The position numbers and the translations under genes were made by a program. Under the pieces are notes generated by a model that was given only the letters and a program-made list of their open reading frames with translations, ran no database searches and was not told where the DNA came from. A DNA stretch of 63,360 nucleotides, the filler included, from Octopus bimaculoides (taxonomy: Eukaryota): the NCBI RefSeq assembly GCF_001194135.2. It is 6 parts of 6 records of this genome, joined end to end, with 100 filler letters (N's around TTAATTAATTAA, not from the genome) between each part and the next. Parts side by side here need not be neighbours in the genome. Positions count along the whole stretch, not along the records: positions 61,138 to 63,360 come from NW_026341655.1; 5 more parts are not named here. The stretch is one strand, 5' to 3'. Below, piece after piece: positions 61,138 to 63,360 of this stretch. Position 1 is the stretch's first letter. Every line of letters starts with the position of its first letter.

Positions 61138-63360
61138 ATCACTAACCCAAACCCTAACGCTAAACGTTAAACGCTAACCGCTAAACGCTAACCGCTAACA
61201 GGTAACCGCCAACAGGTAACCGCTATCAGATAACAGCTAACCGCTAACCCCTAACCACTAAACAGCTAAAGCGCTAAACCGCTAAACCATTAAACCGCTA
61301 AAACCGCTAAACCTCTAAACCGCTAAACCGCTAAACCCTAACCCTAACCCTAACCTTAACCCTAACCTTAACCCTAACACTAACTCTAACCCTAACCGTT
61401 AAACCCTAACCCTAACCCTAACCCTGACCCTAACCGCTAATCCGCTAAACCTCTAAAACCGCTAATTCGCTAAACCTCTAAACCTCTAAACCGCTAAACC
61501 GCTAGACCTATAAACCGTTAAACCACTAAATCGCTAAACCGCTAAACCGCTAAACCGTGAAACCGCTAAACCGCTAAACCGCTAAACCGCTAAACCGCTA
61601 AACCCCTTAAACCGCTAATTCGATAAACCGCTAAACCGCTAAACCGCTAAATCGCTAAACCGCTAAACCGGTAAACAGGTAACCGTACACAGGTAACCAC
61701 TATCAGATAACCGCTAACCGCTAACCCCTAACCACTAAACAGCTAAACCGCTAAACCGCTCAACCGCTAAAACCGCTAAACCGCTAAATCGCTAAACCGC
61801 TAAACCCCTAAAACCGCTAATTCGCTAAACCGCTAAACCGCTAAAACCACTAAACCGCTAAACCGCTAAACCGCTAAAAGCGCTAATCCGCTAAACCGCT
61901 AAAATCGCTAATCCGCTAAACGGCTAAAACCGCTAATCCACTAAACCGCTAAACCGCTAAACTGCTAAACCGCTAAACCCCTAAACCGCTAATTCGCTAA
62001 GCCGCTAAACCGCTAAACCGGTAAAACCGCTAATCCGCTGAACCGCTAAAACCGCTAAATCGCTAAACCGCTAAACCGCTAAACCGCTAAACCGTTAAAC
62101 ACNNNNNNNNNNNNNNNNNNNNNNNNNNNNNNNNNNNNNNNNNNNNNNNNNNNNNNNNNNNNNNNNNNNNNNNNNNNNNNNNNNNNNNNNNNNNNNNNNN
62201 NNNNNNNNNNNNNNNNNNNTACACAGGTAACCACTATCAGATAACCGCTAACCGCTAACCCCTAACCACTAAACAGCTAAACCGCTAAACCGCTCAACCG
62301 CTAAAACCGCTAAACCGCTAAATCGCTAAACCGCTAAACCCCTAAAACCGCTAATTCGCTAAACCGCTAAACCGCTAAAACCACTAAACCGCTAAACCGC
62401 TAAACCGCTAAAAGCGCTAATCCGCTAAACCGCTAAAATCGCTAATCCGCTAAACGGCTAAAACCGCTAATCCACTAAACCGCTAAACCGCTAAACTGCT
62501 AAACCGCTAAACCCCTAAACCGCTAATTCGCTAAGCCGCTAAACCGCTAAACCGGTAAAACCGCTAATCCGCTGAACCGCTAAAACCGCTAAATCGCTAA
62601 ACCGCTAAACCGCTAAACCGCTAAACCGTTAAACACCTAACCGCTAACCGCTAACCGCTAAATCGCTATGTCGCTAAACCGCTAAACTGCTAAACCGTTA
62701 AACCGCTAAATCACTAAGCAGCTAAAACGCTAAACCGCTAAACCGCTAAACCGCTAACCGCTAACTGCTAATCGCTAAACCGCTAACCGCTAACCCTAAC
62801 CCTTTCGCTAAACGCTAACCCTAACGCTAACACTAACCCTAACGCTAGACGCTAAACGCTAAACGCTAAACGCTAAACGCTAACGCTACCCCTAACTCTA
62901 ACCCAGACCCTAAACCTAACCGCTAAATCCTAACACGAACCCTAACCCTAACCCTAACCCTAAGCCTAACCCTAACCCTTACGCTAAACGCAAAACGCTA
63001 ACCCTAACGCTAACCCAAACCCTAACGCTAAACGCTAAACGCTAACCGCTAACAGGTAACCGCCAACAGGTAACCGCTATCAGATAACCGCTAACCGCTA
63101 ACCCCTAACCACTAAACAGCTAAACCACTAAACGGCTAAAACCGCTAAACCGCTAAAACCGCTAAACCGCTAAACCGCTAAACCGCTAAACCCTAACCCT
63201 AACCCTAACCCTAACACTAACTCTAACCCTAACCGATAAACCCTAACCCTAACCCTAACCCTAACCCTAACCGCTAAACCCTAAGCCTACCCCTAACCCT
63301 AACCCTTACCCTAATCCTAACCCTAGCCCTAACCGCTAAACCCTCACCCTAACCCTAGCC
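61138..63360 (+). repeat. Telomere-derived variant satellite: CCGCTAAA/CCGCTAA/ACGCTAA units with interspersed (CCCTAA)n blocks
   Basis: Direct inspection; CCCTAA-rich blocks at ~61336-61435, ~62790-63030 and ~63190-63360. Confidence 0.95.

Noticed and set aside
61680-62640. ~415-bp apparently identical blocks flanking the 62103-62219 gap
   Set aside because: Probably gap-flank duplication; not counted as independent evidence of tandem structure.

Overview
AT-rich, CpG-depleted, microsatellite- and gap-rich animal genomic DNA, almost certainly an octopus (inferred from the tRNA-derived SINE families and overall repeat content). No rRNA, intact tRNA gene or CRISPR array is supportable. Most of the window is decayed, often nested transposons: R4/Dong-like, RTE, CR1 and Tx1 LINEs, Gypsy LTR remnants, piggyBac, Tc1/mariner, Helitron helicase fragments, Penelope-like remnants and at least three SINE families. 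One host gene is well supported: two minus-strand exons (17908-18029, 12998-13175) that splice in frame to a TMEM268-like membrane protein, with a candidate start exon about 38 kb upstream (55894-55951). Most notable non-standard signals: (1) a CpG-rich hierarchical satellite of telomere-variant repeats (CCGCTAAA/CCGCTAA/ACGCTAA/CCCTAA) at 61138-63360; (2) a near-intact minimal type I hammerhead ribozyme at 39917-40011 plus several decayed relatives; (3) a five-unit ~89-bp array with a conserved motif at 346-790; (4) SINE/Dong-like LINE arrays stacked in (AAT)n tracts; (5) a ~100-bp-arm hairpin at 35702-36017. Family assignments were made by eye from recalled motifs, no database search was run, and TE boundaries are approximate.
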